Assembly (NCBI RefSeq): GCF_006345805.1 | Contig: NC_042999.1 | Location: 92,194,001 to 92,258,000, forward strand | Source: Octopus sinensis | Lineage: Eukaryota | Reading direction: 5' to 3' | DNA: 64,000 bases | Shown here: one piece after another, positions 13,562 through 26,639 of the stretch | Position numbering within the stretch: the stretch's first letter is position 1 | Layout of the letters: each line of letters opens with the position of its first letter | Position numbers and translations under genes: made by a program | Notes under the pieces: model-generated | Told to the model about the DNA's origin: nothing | Database searches by the model: none | Seen by the model: only the letters and a program-made list of their open reading frames with translations

Positions 13562-14055
13562 CTAGAATAAATAAATAAAGCAAATATGGCAGAATATAAA
13601 TTTTTAATGTTTACACAGCTTGGTGAATAAGCTATAAATTGCCTTCTGCCTGTGTAATAGTTGTACAATCAATGTTATTTTATAGCAAGATCATATTAAA
13701 ATACCATGATATCAGAAACTTATTTGAAAATTCCAACATTTTATATAAAACGTGTTTCTTTTTCCTTTTTAATATTTCCTTCGAGAATTTTCATTAAATG
13801 CCAAATTAAGTGTTGTTTAAGAGCAGTGAAAGTCAAAGAATATCTATAACTGTGAGATTTAAAATCAAGAATATACTTATCTCTCCTAAGTCTTTTCCAC
13901 CTTAGAATCATGTGTCTGTTTGTGTAACATTTATTTAACTATTTGAATAGTTAAGTATCTGATTTCTTGATCTTGGTCAAGTAATAAAATATGTTGACCA
14001 ATTCAGGCAAAAAATTTAATGTGCTAAAATGGAAATTAGTATTAATAATACATAC

Positions 14056-14169
14056 CTTAGCTGACTGTTTTTGCTGTTTAGATTGAGACTGTTTTGATAC
14101 GAAATTAATCAATGCATTGTAGAGACCACTGGACACAAAAAGAGGATTATAAGTCTCAAGAAATTCCAA
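14056..14169 (-). CDS. M1AP: M1AP-like gene, internal exon (LEFLETYNPLFVSSGLYNALINFVSKQ...SAK)
   Basis: TTTAG acceptor, AAG|GTATGT donor, 114 nt, phase 0-0. TYNPL motif matches recalled vertebrate M1AP 'LELEPTYNPLHVQSHLY'. Confidence 0.85.
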
Positions 14170-14239
14170 CTAAATTGAAATAAAAAAAAGTGTCATATTA
14201 AATTTTCACTATTATTTTCATTTAAAAATTAATCTGCCA

Positions 14240-14395
14240 GCATGGCAGTGGGGTAAAAAATTTGCTTCCCAACCAAATGGTTCCAGGTTCAGTCCCACTG
14301 TGTGGTACCTTGGGTAACTGTATTCTATTATAGCCTTCAACTGACCAAAGCCTTGTGAATGGGTTTCATAAACAAAAACTGCAGAAGCCCTTCAC
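14240..14395 (+). mobile_element. SINE family A copy
   Basis: TTGCTTCCCAACC...CCAGGTTCAGTCCCACTG...GAAGCCC, followed by (TA)n. Confidence 0.7.
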
Positions 14396-14436
<41 letters not shown>

Positions 14437-15477
14437 CGGAGAATTCACAAAAAAAAAAAAGAAGACGAAGACAGGTGGTGTAGACAACAAATATATGTAT
14501 TAGTATAATGCTCGAGAAGTGAGAAAGTCTTTAACGTTTTGGGCCTACGCTCTTCCAGAGAAAGGAACACAGAAAGAAACAAGGAGAGAAAATAAAGAAT
14601 GTGAAGTGGCTAGCGATCTATTATGGAAAAGGCCGGACAGAAGGGTCACACAAGAGAGCTAGGGAAAAGGGGAGATAAAGTGGTGGTGATCCCAAAACGA
14701 AGGTGCGCATGCGTGTGTATAAGAGAGTTGTATGTGCATGTGGAAGAGGGCTGGTGATCAAGATATGTGCGTGTGTGTATGTGGTGTAGGTGTGGAAATG
14801 TGGGTCTGGGAAGTGGTCAGTGCTGATGTGTGCATGGTCGTGTGTTGTGATGTGATGTGTTGTGTGGTATGGTGGTGTATTGTGTAGTGGTGTGATGGTG
14901 TTTGGAGGTGGGGAGGCAGGAGTGGGGAAAGCAAGGGTGGGGTGTGGGTATAAGGGGTGAGGTGGCGTGGTGTGGGATGGGGAAGGATAGGGAAGTTGGG
15001 GTTGGAATGTGCAGGGGTGCGGTGGGCTAACGAGGGAGGGATGACAATGAAGGGAAGAAGAAGGTGGATAGGAGTGAAGAGAAGAAAAGGTGGGTAGGAG
15101 TGAAGAGAAGAAAGAAGTTAGGAGTGAAGGCAAGAAGTAGAGGTTGGCGTAAGAGAGGAGAGGTGGGTGGGAGGCGAGGGGAGTAGAGTTGAACCCATGT
15201 GGCACAAAGGAGCAAAGAGAGAAGATTAATCCCGGTAGAGCAGAAATGGTGCAAGACCAGGGTGCCATTACTGAGTTGGATATCTTGGAGGTGTTCTGCG
15301 AACCAGTAAGCCAAGCGGTGTCCCATTTGCCCAATGTATATAAAATGGCAGAGAGAGCAGGTGATGCAGTAGATGATATTGGTAGAAATGCAGGTGAAGG
15401 AGTCGGTGATGTGATAAGGTTGGTGATAGGTGCCTGTGAAGAAGGTTGTGTTGGAGAGGTAAGAGCAAGTGCGGCAA
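14437..15477 (-). mobile_element. 5'-truncated Penelope-like element (GIY-YIG endonuclease end + 3' region)
   Basis: ORF 15027-15494 contains CRTC...FTCISTNIIYCITCSLCHFIYIGQ.G.RL...FAEHL, typical of PLE GIY-YIG domains; followed by a pyrimidine-rich low-complexity tract. Confidence 0.85.
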
Positions 15478-15612
15478 GTATAGTCGAAGAACACTACTAC
15501 AATTCCTGGAGAAGTCCCTTAACACTAGTACAATATCTCAAAAATGCCATCTTAAAAGCAAGAAATACCTTAATGCATCACACAGTCTGTAAAGCTCTCG
15601 ACCAAATTTCAG

Positions 15613-15658
<46 letters not shown>

Positions 15659-15659
15659 G

Positions 15660-15860
15660 TCTGTTTATCCCCCACCACTGCTTGATAACTTGTGTTGGTA
15701 TGTTTACAGACCTGTAACTTAATGGCATGGGGATAGAGAATGATAGAATAAGTACCAGGCTTAAAAAAATTAGTAGGAGTATCAATTCAATTGACTAAAA
15801 ATTCTTCAAGCCCCAGCATGGCTACAGTTCAATGACAGAAATGAGTAAAAGATAAAAGAA
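15660..15860 (-). mobile_element. SINE family B copy (CORE-like central segment)
   Basis: AATAAGTACCAGGC...CAATTCAATTGACTAAAAATTCTTCAAG...CCAGCATGGC, shared with the minus copies at ~42060, ~53560 and ~57540. Confidence 0.55.
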
Positions 15861-18721
15861 ATCAATTAACACACTGAAACACAGTCATCATCATCTTTTT
15901 CGTTAAGCTTTCATGGGTTGGATAAGTTCTTTTCCAAAGAACAACCAGATAACTGTTTTGTTCTTTTGTCATCTCCTTCCTGAGATCGGTCTTTACCACT
16001 TCTGCCTATGTCTTCCTCTTCCATTGGTTTCCCTTATACTAAGTTCTAACAAAATCTATGACGGACACACTAACACACCAAATACTTTTTATTTGTTCCC
16101 CACTTCTAAACCCAATCTTTACTCATGCATTATCTTTGCCTCCATAGGATCAGCTGGCTACTGTGAAACAGATACAACATATTACAAATTCTTTTACTGC
16201 ACTACATACCCACCTACTGAAGTTTATGATCATTAACTGTCAGGATTTGTCTGTGTTCCAACAGTTTTAGGCTAACTACTGGTAGTAAATGTCTTTCACA
16301 TCCAACACTTCTGAAGGATTATCAGTCATTCTAGTCATATTACTTCCATTTTCATACAACCAAAGTCCACAGCCTAAAACACCCAAGTAATTTACCAGTG
16401 ACTACATTATAGAAGTATAGTCAAAGAACACTACTACAATTCCTGGAGATGTCCTTTAATACAATATCTGAAAACTTACATTTTTAAATTGAAAAATACC
16501 TTAATGCATCACAGTCTGTAAGCTCCCCACCAAATTTCAGGAATTCTGTAGCCTGTCATATCTCTTCCATCATTCTTAAACAATTCACTCAAAAGTTAGC
16601 TTTTTGTTTGCCATTCAATAACTCTATCCCAATCTTTGGAAGCATGCTTCAGTGTGTTCCATCGCCCAAAAGAGTCACTTATCTGTGCCTGTCAGCTTAT
16701 TACATTCACTTCCAATATCTTGAAAGTAATGGAGACAGTTCCTTTATCACCTTGAATCTCTCTCTGCCTCCATCTATCACCCTCTCTTTCTCTCTCTCCT
16801 CTTTAGTGATAATCACTATGGCTTCTGTAGAACCATGTCACCAGAGGTCCATCACCTACATATAATTTACATATGTTTCTCATTTCTTGATCAGACACTT
16901 CCTATTAAACCACACCATTGAGGTATGTACTGATAAAAGCTCTCTGACCCACATATTATTAACTACTTACTTTTGGCAACATATGTACTCTGAAGCAGAT
17001 CATACAAAGCATCACCCCACTTAACCTTACATATACAGGCATTGTCTACAAACAACCTCAAGACTTCTTTCGAGACAAACACTGTATTCATTACTTGAGA
17101 GCATCCTTCAATTAACCTTTCATTGGTCAACAGAACAAAGATTCAACTGCACATATCAAAAAAATTATCTTCTCCTTCACACTCTGTAGCAATAGGTTGT
17201 TTCAAATGCTGGAGTTCACAATCTTTGATGTTGATTCATGGTGATTGCACATATATAACTATATCAACGCTATTCCACAAAGGCAAGGATTCAACTTTAG
17301 ATCCAGGAAATATTTCAGCTTTGATCAGATGCTAATCCTCCACAACTTTCAAGTACGACCTGATACTGCTTACCCTTAAGTATGATGCTGTTGCTACAAA
17401 TGCTCACATCCCAAAGAAGGCCAGTCAACTAACTGACAAAAATTCAGTCATCAGCATGCTTCAACCACTAGCTCACAGATATGCTACTTCTGTAATCTAC
17501 CTTTGTTGTTATGAGAGTTGCAATGCCCCCTTGCAAGAGATAGACTGGTCCAAGTAAAGTATAAATAGTAACAATCTGAGTGAGCTTGACAGTTCAGAGC
17601 CAAGTGAAGTTCATGTTAGTTTGCAGTGAAGTCAGGTGTCAGTTGGTTAGTTCACAAGGAATATTTATTGTTGGTTCATAAAGAGATTTGTTAGTTTGTT
17701 ACATTGTTTTTACGGTCGTTTGGTTATCTTGTTTACTGTATGTAACAATTACGTTGCAACAACCTTTTTTGTCACAATTATAATGGTCTCTGCTTCTCTG
17801 CACATGCTAGCTGCTTACCTTCTTCTCCCAGGCCATCTTGTCCCACCTATCTTTCCCATGTCATTAATTGTCTCAGTCCTTTATCTTACTACTTAGATTT
17901 TGCACTAAATACTTCATACAATCCTTCCTTTTCAGAATGACAACCAAAAAGAATTCTGAGAAAAATATTTGTTTGAATTTTAAAAGATTAGCTTGTATAA
18001 ATGTGTTGAGAGATATGCTGGTTGAACTTCATAGAGAATATTATAAAGGACTGAGACGATTAATGACACACTGTGCTTAAGAAAATGTCCAACTGTGCAA
18101 GAATGGCAAAGCTAATGTTAAAAATGGTTTTAGTGATTGAGGCTAGAGGCATAATACATATATGTGTGTATAGATGTGTATATACCTGCACACATTTGGA
18201 TTTCTCATCTAATGTGTCTGTCAAGTCTACATCTGCTACTCCACTCCTCTATTTGATACCTTCTTATCTCCCTGTCACTCTTCCCAACTCATCTCACTCA
18301 TTCTCATTTTTCTACCTAACATGTATTGTCTCTCCATCCAAACCTATTTGCTGTATTATTCTGCTACAGAACCTATTACATCATATCATTAATGACTTAG
18401 ACAATAACAACCCATCAAATCCAAAAAGCAAAAGTAAAGTAACAAATATGATGAGGTGATAAGGATCAGATTTGATGAAAACATTAATACAACAGAAAAG
18501 AAAGCAAGTTTCTAGAGATTGTATTCTAATCTGTGAATAGTTTCTTTGAAATAAAAACTTCCAAGCTGCTTCAATAGTTATTTCATAATTACAGACAATT
18601 TTCACTGATTTTGTTTTCTAAACTTTATTAAATTATCAATATTTTCTCCACAATTTAACAGCAAGGTAAAATATATCTGTTAAGAGAAGAGCGACCGTCT
18701 ATTGGTATAACTTTACTCATA

Positions 18722-19784
18722 TCTCTTATTATAAAGGCAGGTTTTATCTGCCTCCCTTTGTCAGTTATAGAAATCTACAATATAGGATTTCTTCAATTAC
18801 AATTTACCTAGCATTTTTAAGAGTAGAATGCATCGGGTCATGCCAGGTCCAGTTTTTAAAATTTCAACCCCAATTAAGCAAAATTTACAGAAAACTCACA
18901 TTGTGGTGTATGAGTCAAATGCTTCTCTTAATGTGGGCTACAGCACTCGCACACACACACACACAAAAAGGGAGTGATCTCATTCACTCACGCTATCACT
19001 CATTTCTACGACTTTCTCTTTGCAAGTTTGCAGCGATTAAAGTGAAACTAATTCGATAAAACGAGAGGTGTACCTTAAACCACTACTAAAAAAAAAAAAA
19101 ACAGCAAACAGAAACAAATAAATACATAACGATTTACTCCTCACACAATTTCTTCAATTAGAGTGTACCCATGATTTTTCAGAGTACTTCCAGTGGGTGA
19201 TGCCATAAAAAATTTCTTTCAATTTTACCACCAATTAAGACAAAATTTGAGAAAACTCAATATTTTAACATTTCATTCTGACAAAAAAATGGATACGAAT
19301 TTCATTATATCAAGCAGCGAGTCAGAATTCGAAGGATTTTCTACTGAAAACCTTCATAAATCTAACTCTATGACTGAAAAAAAAAAGCATCTTTATATAA
19401 GAGTGAAGTTGTGTGTCTGTCTCCTACGATTTAGATTCGTAACTACTCCCACATTTTGCGGTGCAGTTTAACCAAAAGCGGGTATCTTATAGTCGTGATT
19501 CATATCGAGCCCTTCTGGGTATTAGCGCGCGTCTACGACGAGTCTACGATTTAAAAAAAATTTACCATCATATTTTTCCATTTTAATGCATTTTTTTCGC
19601 TTTTATATAAGGGAAGTAACTCTCTAAAAATATCTACGATGTGTCAACGATTTAAAAAAAAAATTTACCTAAATTTTTTTTAATTTTTAATGCATTTTTT
19701 TGCTATTTTTTGGCTATAACTCTCTAAAAATGCTTATATAGTTAGTTCCCTTACAACCCGAGCAACGCCGGGCGATACTGCTAG
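18722..19784 (+). mobile_element. Composite non-autonomous Helitron with two candidate 5' TC ends (18722 and 19390) and one 3' end
   Basis: A|TCTCTTATTATA at 18722 and A|TCTTTATATA at 19390; 3' hairpin CCCG-agcaacgc-CGGG, then CTGCTAG|T at 19784. Confidence 0.75.
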
Positions 19785-21139
19785 TCTTTAAATATAGTCT
19801 GCTTAAGTTAGCAACGTGAATATTGAAGAGTAGAAAGGAAATCCAGCCACGTTTCATGGTTTGCTATCTCAATAGCTTCTTTATAGCATCTAGTGGCCAA
19901 AGACATTATCAGGAGGAATCATGTCTGGTTTTGGCCCCTATTCCTCTACCATTTTTGGTATTAAATGCTTATATTAAATCATATTAAATGCTTCTATTGT
20001 TTTCTTTTTAGTGCAATGCAATAGTGTTTCTACAACCAAATGTTCTTTATCTGTAATCTTCTGGGTCTGCTGCCACTAGTACTTGCATAGGTTACACCAT
20101 TTTTGTCTCCCTTTCTATATTTCTGCACAATAAAATCACAATAAAAATCCCCAGAAAATGCATGGTGGCCATATTCACTGTGTACACTTTACATTTATTA
20201 ATTCTGCTTTTAATATTCTTCATTCTTTTTCTATATTTTAGTTTAGAGCAGAAATAAAACACAAATTACAAAGAAATTCTTGAATGGGGTAGAAAAATTT
20301 TCATTTAATCTGAGAATGGAATGTCTGCATCCCATCATACTTAAAAACAATATAGAAATATGATAGTAGATGAAGCTGGCATCAAGAGTGGGTGGCTATA
20401 AAATATTAAAGCGTTTCTGAAACAGCTAATATCATTCAGAAACAGAGATCAATAGTAAATTAGCAAGGCTCAGAAGTCCATTAAGTTCTAGTGATTCTGT
20501 CAACATGCCTCAACAAAGTGCTGTAAACTCATTAATCAGTCAATAAATACTTTACTGTTGGAAATGTATTAAATCTTGATGAAATTAGCATTTAGAATAA
20601 TGATGTGAAGATAAAGAAGATAAAGTAAACAAACCAAAATAAAATAGGTGTATCAGCTGTATATTTGTTTTTATGGCATTTGATTCATAAGAAAAATGTA
20701 AATGAGCTCTGCTACAATTAACGTGACTGCAATTATAAATATACCCAAAATGAATCTTATTTATTTTCACTTGAGATTTTTTTCCCAAGCTCTCTAGATG
20801 AAATAACAAAACCCTCATGCATCAATATTCAATAAATTGAATATTATCACTATGATTATAATTCTCTTTTATTACCTGATATAATATCAAAGCAATCTTT
20901 ATGTTTTCACATTTGCACAAAATTAAATATCATGTGATTATCTTTCCTGCAAAAGTTTCTCTCGATTTTTTTTTATTGCTTAATTTTTCTTTTAATGCTG
21001 AATGGTGTGTGTATAAAACACTATTTGTAAAAAACACTGAACAGTCACTTAGTGACGTGTAAAATGGACATTCTTTTAGATAACCTTTAACAGTCTCAAT
21101 GGAGATTAAAAAAAGATAAAATAACTTAACAGGGCTGCT

Positions 21140-21548
21140 AGCTGGCCCCCATGCCCGTGGCATGTAAAAAGCACCATTCGAGCGTGATCATTACTAATGT
21201 CTCTTTACTGGCACTTGTGCTGGTGGCATGTGAAAAACAACATTCGAGCGAGGGCGTGGCCAGTGCTGCTGGATTGGCTCCTATGCAGGTGACATGCAAA
21301 AAACACCATTTGAGCGTGGCCGTTACCAGTACTGCCTGACTGGCCCTCGTGCCGGTGGCATGTAAAAGTACCCACTACACTCTCGGAGTGGTTGGCATTA
21401 GGAAGGGCATCCAGCTGTAGAAACTCTGCCAGATCCGATTGGAGCCTGGTGCAGCCATCTGGCTCGTCAGTCCCCAGTCAAACCGTCCAACCCATGCCAG
21501 CATGGAAAGCAGACGTTAAACGATGATAATGATAATGATGATGATGAT
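21140..21548 (+). mobile_element. 5'-truncated RTE 3'UTR copy with (GAT)n tail
   Basis: Matches ~11120-11510 of the long RTE. Confidence 0.9.
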
Positions 21549-21954
21549 GCTCTTCCAGCTGAATTCGTCAGTATTTTAATTTACCAAATCAGTGAGTTAT
21601 TATTGTACAAAATATTATAATCATCATTATATTTGATGGCTTATAAAATACACAAACCTCCACTGAAAAAAGTATTGTTCCAGAAAAATAATCAATGTTA
21701 TTCAAACACAAGGTTAGAGTTTGGTGTTGCAGTGATCCCTAAAATTAATTACAAACATCTCAGTAATGAATCTGCTTCCCAGAGTTATAAGTAAATATTT
21801 TTGGCGGTAACCACAAATATTAACATTACTTACTTCAAATAAAATAACATGAAGTCAGAAGGTTTAAATGAAAATGCTTGACCATACACACAACCAAACT
21901 AAGAGTCAGTTGTATCCTAAATTTTGTTTTGAATGATATATGAGTATTTTGCTA

Positions 21955-24334
21955 TTTAGACTATAATGGAGAAAGCTGCTTATTAATTAGGTATGTAACA
22001 ATTACTAAAAGTACTAAAAGAAAGCAATATCAAAAGCTTGGCTGTCTGGAAATATTTTTATAAATTTATATTCTAAGAAATTGCCTATAATTTTGATTTC
22101 TGAAGTTTATTGAATTTTTTTAACCCTAAATCCTGACAAATTTAAATATTCATTGCATTCACTGTGTTCAATTTTTCATGAATTTAAATATCCATTGCAT
22201 TAACTGCAGAGTAGATTTTAATAAACACGGTTTTAACAAACACTATTTATTCGTTGCAGGCAACATTTTACGTTTTTATTTGCAACAGTCTCTCATTCTC
22301 GCTCACCTCTATTTTTACTAATGATAATTTAATAATAGCTATATAACTTGAATATGAAACACAAATTCAAGAATGTTATCAGTTTATAAAATGAATATTT
22401 TTAATAAAATGAAAATTTTTTGATATACTGGTATAATTTTTAAATGATTTTGTGTTGAATGAATGCATGCTATTACACAAAATAGCTCTATAACTTTGAT
22501 ACGAGGCACAATTTCCAGAATATTATCAGTTTCCAGAGATTGTTGAATGAATATTTTTGATAAAATAAAAGTTCTTTAATATACAGGTATAATTTTGTTG
22601 TTTTTTTTAAATGAAGATGTCATTTTGCTGGTATGGAACGCTATAAGCATTACAATAATAACAATTATTTGATGCTGCTATTTCTAGCATGCTAAACAAG
22701 ATAGTTTTTAATGAGCTTTTCTTTATATATAATATGCAACTGAAAAAGAAAATTTAGCAGCAAAGGCACAATAGCAAAGAGAAAGACAGGCAACTGAATC
22801 AGATGAAACCAGGGCAAAGCAACCAAAACAGACAACTGAATATGCACGGAGATGTAGACATGATTTTATCTTTGCCACACATGACCGACTAGTTAGGGTA
22901 ACTCAAGAGGAGAATATTCTACTTGAAAATGATCACTGATTGTTGATGCCACACAAAAGAGATTTATTTCTTTGCGATCATGTGGAAATAGTGGAATTAA
23001 CAACCAACCTAAGAATTCTTACAGAAGGTCATTCTGATGAAAGAGAGTTTACTAATTACCTTCTTGATGTAGGAAATTGTAACATTTCCATCGAACAAAG
23101 CCTAGATGAATTCAAAATCAGATTACCCAATGACCCTTGCCTCTTTCAGATCTATGTGATTTTGTATATGCTGACCTCAAAAATAACTTCACAAACCACG
23201 TGTGGCTTGCCAATAGAGCCATTGTTACTCCAACAAATGATGCAGCACAATTTGTGAATGATTTTCTGTTGACCAGGATCTCTGGTGAGCTAAAAATATA
23301 CAGAAGCTCAGATACAATTGATAATGAAACACTGTACCCAACTGAGTTCATCAACAAGCTTATACCATCAGAGTTTCCACCACACATTCTCAAACTGAAG
23401 AAAAAGTTGATGCATAATGCTTCTGAGAAATTTAGATGCTACTAACGGACATTGCAATGGCACACACTATATCATTGTCAGTTTACATGATCATCTTATT
23501 TAGGCTGATGTTGCTTCCGGTCCTTATGCAGGATCAACTCTGCTAATCCCAAGAATACTACATGTATCTCAAGAAATGGAATTTCCGTTTATATCTACGC
23601 ACAAACAATTTCCTGTCAAGCGAGCTTTTGCCTTGACATGCAACAAGGGACGAACAGGCTTTCGAACAAATTGGAATATATCTTCCGACACAATTCTTCT
23701 CACATGGTCAGCTATATGTTGCATTAACTTGAGTTTGAAAGAAGACTAATGTAAAAATATTGACTGAGAGAAATGGAAACAGTATGATTACTGACAATTG
23801 TGTCTACAAGGAGATACTACTTTAAAGCAAAATATGCTTTTTAGCAAGTTTCAGTAAATAGAATTAACACATAAGTTATATGTAAAGTAACATACATTTA
23901 TGTGGAATTAAATTGCTGTGGCATTTTTCAACACATGCCAAATGAATAGTATCGTTATATTAGGTTATTTTAAATATGGATATATTTGAAAGAGTAAGGA
24001 AACGTCATTCTATGTGTTCTCACAGCACCAGACTTTTGTGTGTGTGAGTGCCCATCCATCTGTCCATCTATCTATCTATCTATCTATCTATGCACACCTA
24101 AGTAAGTTCTACCAGTTATTAATGATAAATAGATATAACAGATTGGCTCTTTAAAAAAGAGAGATTATGTCTGATAAAATAATGAAAGCAATATTTACTA
24201 AGCAAGTGAGCACTATTATACAAAGAAATAATTAGACATGAAATATCATAAAAATTATTAGAATTGGGAATCAAATGTGGAAATATTATCGAGTGGCTAG
24301 CTGAAAACTGCCCGGAGGGTGGTCTTTCTGCTAG
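21955..24334 (+). mobile_element. Internally deleted Helitron carrying a PIF1-like helicase remnant (~22935-23830)
   Basis: LTTNLR, RAIVTPTND, YPTEFINKLIPSEFPPH, QFPVKRAFALTCNK and FSHGQLYVAL motifs; 3' hairpin + CTGCTAG|T at 24334; 5' part shared with 54665-55711. Confidence 0.9.
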
Positions 24335-25409
24335 TAAAAGTAATGGACATTTAGTAAGCAGCATAATACAATATAATATAATATAATATAATATAATATG
24401 AGACAATGTGATATTGATTAATGGCATATTTTATACAGTGATCTTTAAACAAAAATTTAAATAACCTTATATTTCAGATTTTACTTTTAACTTGCCTGCA
24501 ATATAAGTAGTTTTAAAGACAAAATTTCTGTAACATTTATTTAAGAACCTTTTAAGTTGTGTACGAAGCAGTATCTTAATATATCAATGAACAAAATAAA
24601 AAGATATAATTGTGTTATGAAACTAGTCTAAATCTGAAAGTATTTCATAATTTAACTGAAATACATAGAAGGCTATATAAAGTGAATTAGTGGATGGCTC
24701 TTATGTACAACACTCACATTCAATCTACACTGAATTTCTTAAGTGATCATTAAATGTGGTACCCTGCTAAACAGCTTCACCAAGTCAGTGAATGCCAACA
24801 ATAGGGGTTTCTCTTTGTGAAGTATTCTGCAGTTGCCTCACAAAAAAAAGTGCAGCTGTGGTAAGTCTTCCAGGCATGAAGCAAAATTGTATCTCATTTA
24901 GCACAGTCATGGATCAGCAGAGGATAGCATTTCTTCAAGAAGGGAGTAATATAGATTCTCATAAAGTACAAGCCAAATCTAAAATTCTAGAACAAGCAAA
25001 TGCTAAGAATGAACATAGGATCTAGGATCTATGTTTTTGCTGTTTATTGTCTATGGTTTTTTGAGAATTTTCTTATCCATTGAACTTGATTCCACTAACA
25101 TATTTCACTAGTAACAAGTGAAGAGAGTCATCTCTAAGTAAAAATTTGTTATGCAACCACTTGCAATGCATGCATTAAATGCATTCAAAATAACTAATTG
25201 GTTTTGTGATTATTATTCATAGATATATTTATGTTTCTACTACAATTATATAATTATTTCAGCATTTTGCTGAAACACACGTATGTGCTATAAAGCATTT
25301 AATACCACATCTGTTTCCTGCTTTTTATTGTTAAATAGATAAACAAACAGATGTATATGTATATAATGTAAATATACATATACACACACATATGTATGTA
25401 TGTATGTAT

Positions 25410-25810
25410 GGCGGAGGAACTCTTGAGAGTCAATGGCCATCTAATAAATGTCTTAAGGCTATATCATACGCGGAGACATAGAAATAATCGGACTAAATAC
25501 CCGATCGCGCAGTTAAACCATTGGGAGTGAAGGACTCCCAGCCTTTGTTAGGGCATCCTTCTAAGAGAAGGTAACTCAGGTAACTGGGATAACTCCGACA
25601 TAAAACCTGCGGCTCAGTGGTTACCGTGATGATGACTTGTTCTTCTTTTCGGTTTATGGCTGCTGTTGCTGAGTGAGTGAGATTGACTCAGTGCACAGCC
25701 TTTCCTCACTTTAAAAAAAAAAAATCTTCTTGCACAGGCATTGCACGATAACAACATTGATTAAGCTTTGTGCAATGGCCATACTCGATAATGAGGGGGC
25801 AGCCATCACC
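25410..25810 (+). mobile_element. Unclassified, relatively CpG-rich ~400-bp insertion inside an (ATGT)n tract
   Basis: (ATGT)n on both sides; several short hairpins; AGGGCATCCTTCTAAGAGAAGGTAACTC...AAAACC resembles RTE-type 5'UTR motifs. Confidence 0.5.
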
Positions 25811-26029
25811 ATGTATGTATGTATGTATGTATGTATGTAGCATGTATGTTTGTTTGTATGTATAGAAAGCACACTTAAATAACTTTTCAGTACTACTAAA
25901 GGATAAAGCCATTAATTTTTACTCTAAATGTTTAGCAAGTAATGATATATTTCATATCAAAAGTGTCCATTATTTCCCAGAATTTCAGCTTAAACATTTT
26001 ATAATGCTTACCATTCACTAATTCTGAAA

Positions 26030-26620
26030 GGTACTGAGTTGAGTGAAAAGTTTTTCAAAATTTGGTAACTTATTTGTTCTATTCATCAAGTTACAACAAA
26101 AGCATCCTAACGTTCAAAGTAGAAGCCATTGTGTTGCACTGTCTCCAGTCACCTTTCTACCAGTTTCTGTCCTTTAAGGTGAAGAACTCCTTCACTAAAG
26201 CTTCCACCTTGTTTTGGTCGATGAAGCATCACAAGCACAGGAAGTGAGCCGTGGTTTGGAACAAGTAATAATCTAAGTGAGCCATGGTTTGGAATAAGTA
26301 ATAATCTTCAAGTAATAATTGAGGGGAACTAATTCTGAACTACATGCTAGGTGTGACATCTGCTTGATTCCCCCAGGTTTCTGTGTTTATTCTAGGTTGT
26401 GTGAGTGGTATGCAGTCTTATGTTGTCTTGCAGCAGAAGAGTTTGCTTTCTACTAACCAATATGAGGTACTTTTGCTGCACAATGGCATACAGCCACTCC
26501 AGCTATTCAGAGTACAAGTTGGTCTCAATGGTTCGATCATTCAGAATGAACACATTGTGAATTATATCCTTATAATTCTGCTTTAAAATTTCACTAGATG
26601 CAAAGCATCATGTGTTTGAA
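26030..26620 (-). pseudogene. Mariner transposase remnant (catalytic region to C-terminus), second mariner family
   Basis: Minus strand: DRTIETNLYSE..., LLLQDNIRLHT, QHNGFYFE*; includes a ~36-bp internal tandem duplication. Confidence 0.75.
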
Positions 26621-26639
26621 ACACCCATGTTTAATGACA

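Noticed and set aside
15930-17560. Possible highly decayed LINE
   Set aside because: Only vague resemblance; no diagnostic motif could be read.
18381-18605. Minus-strand ORF inside the M1AP intron
   Set aside because: No good splice signals and no homology; the 27733 exon joins 14169 in phase with continuous homology.
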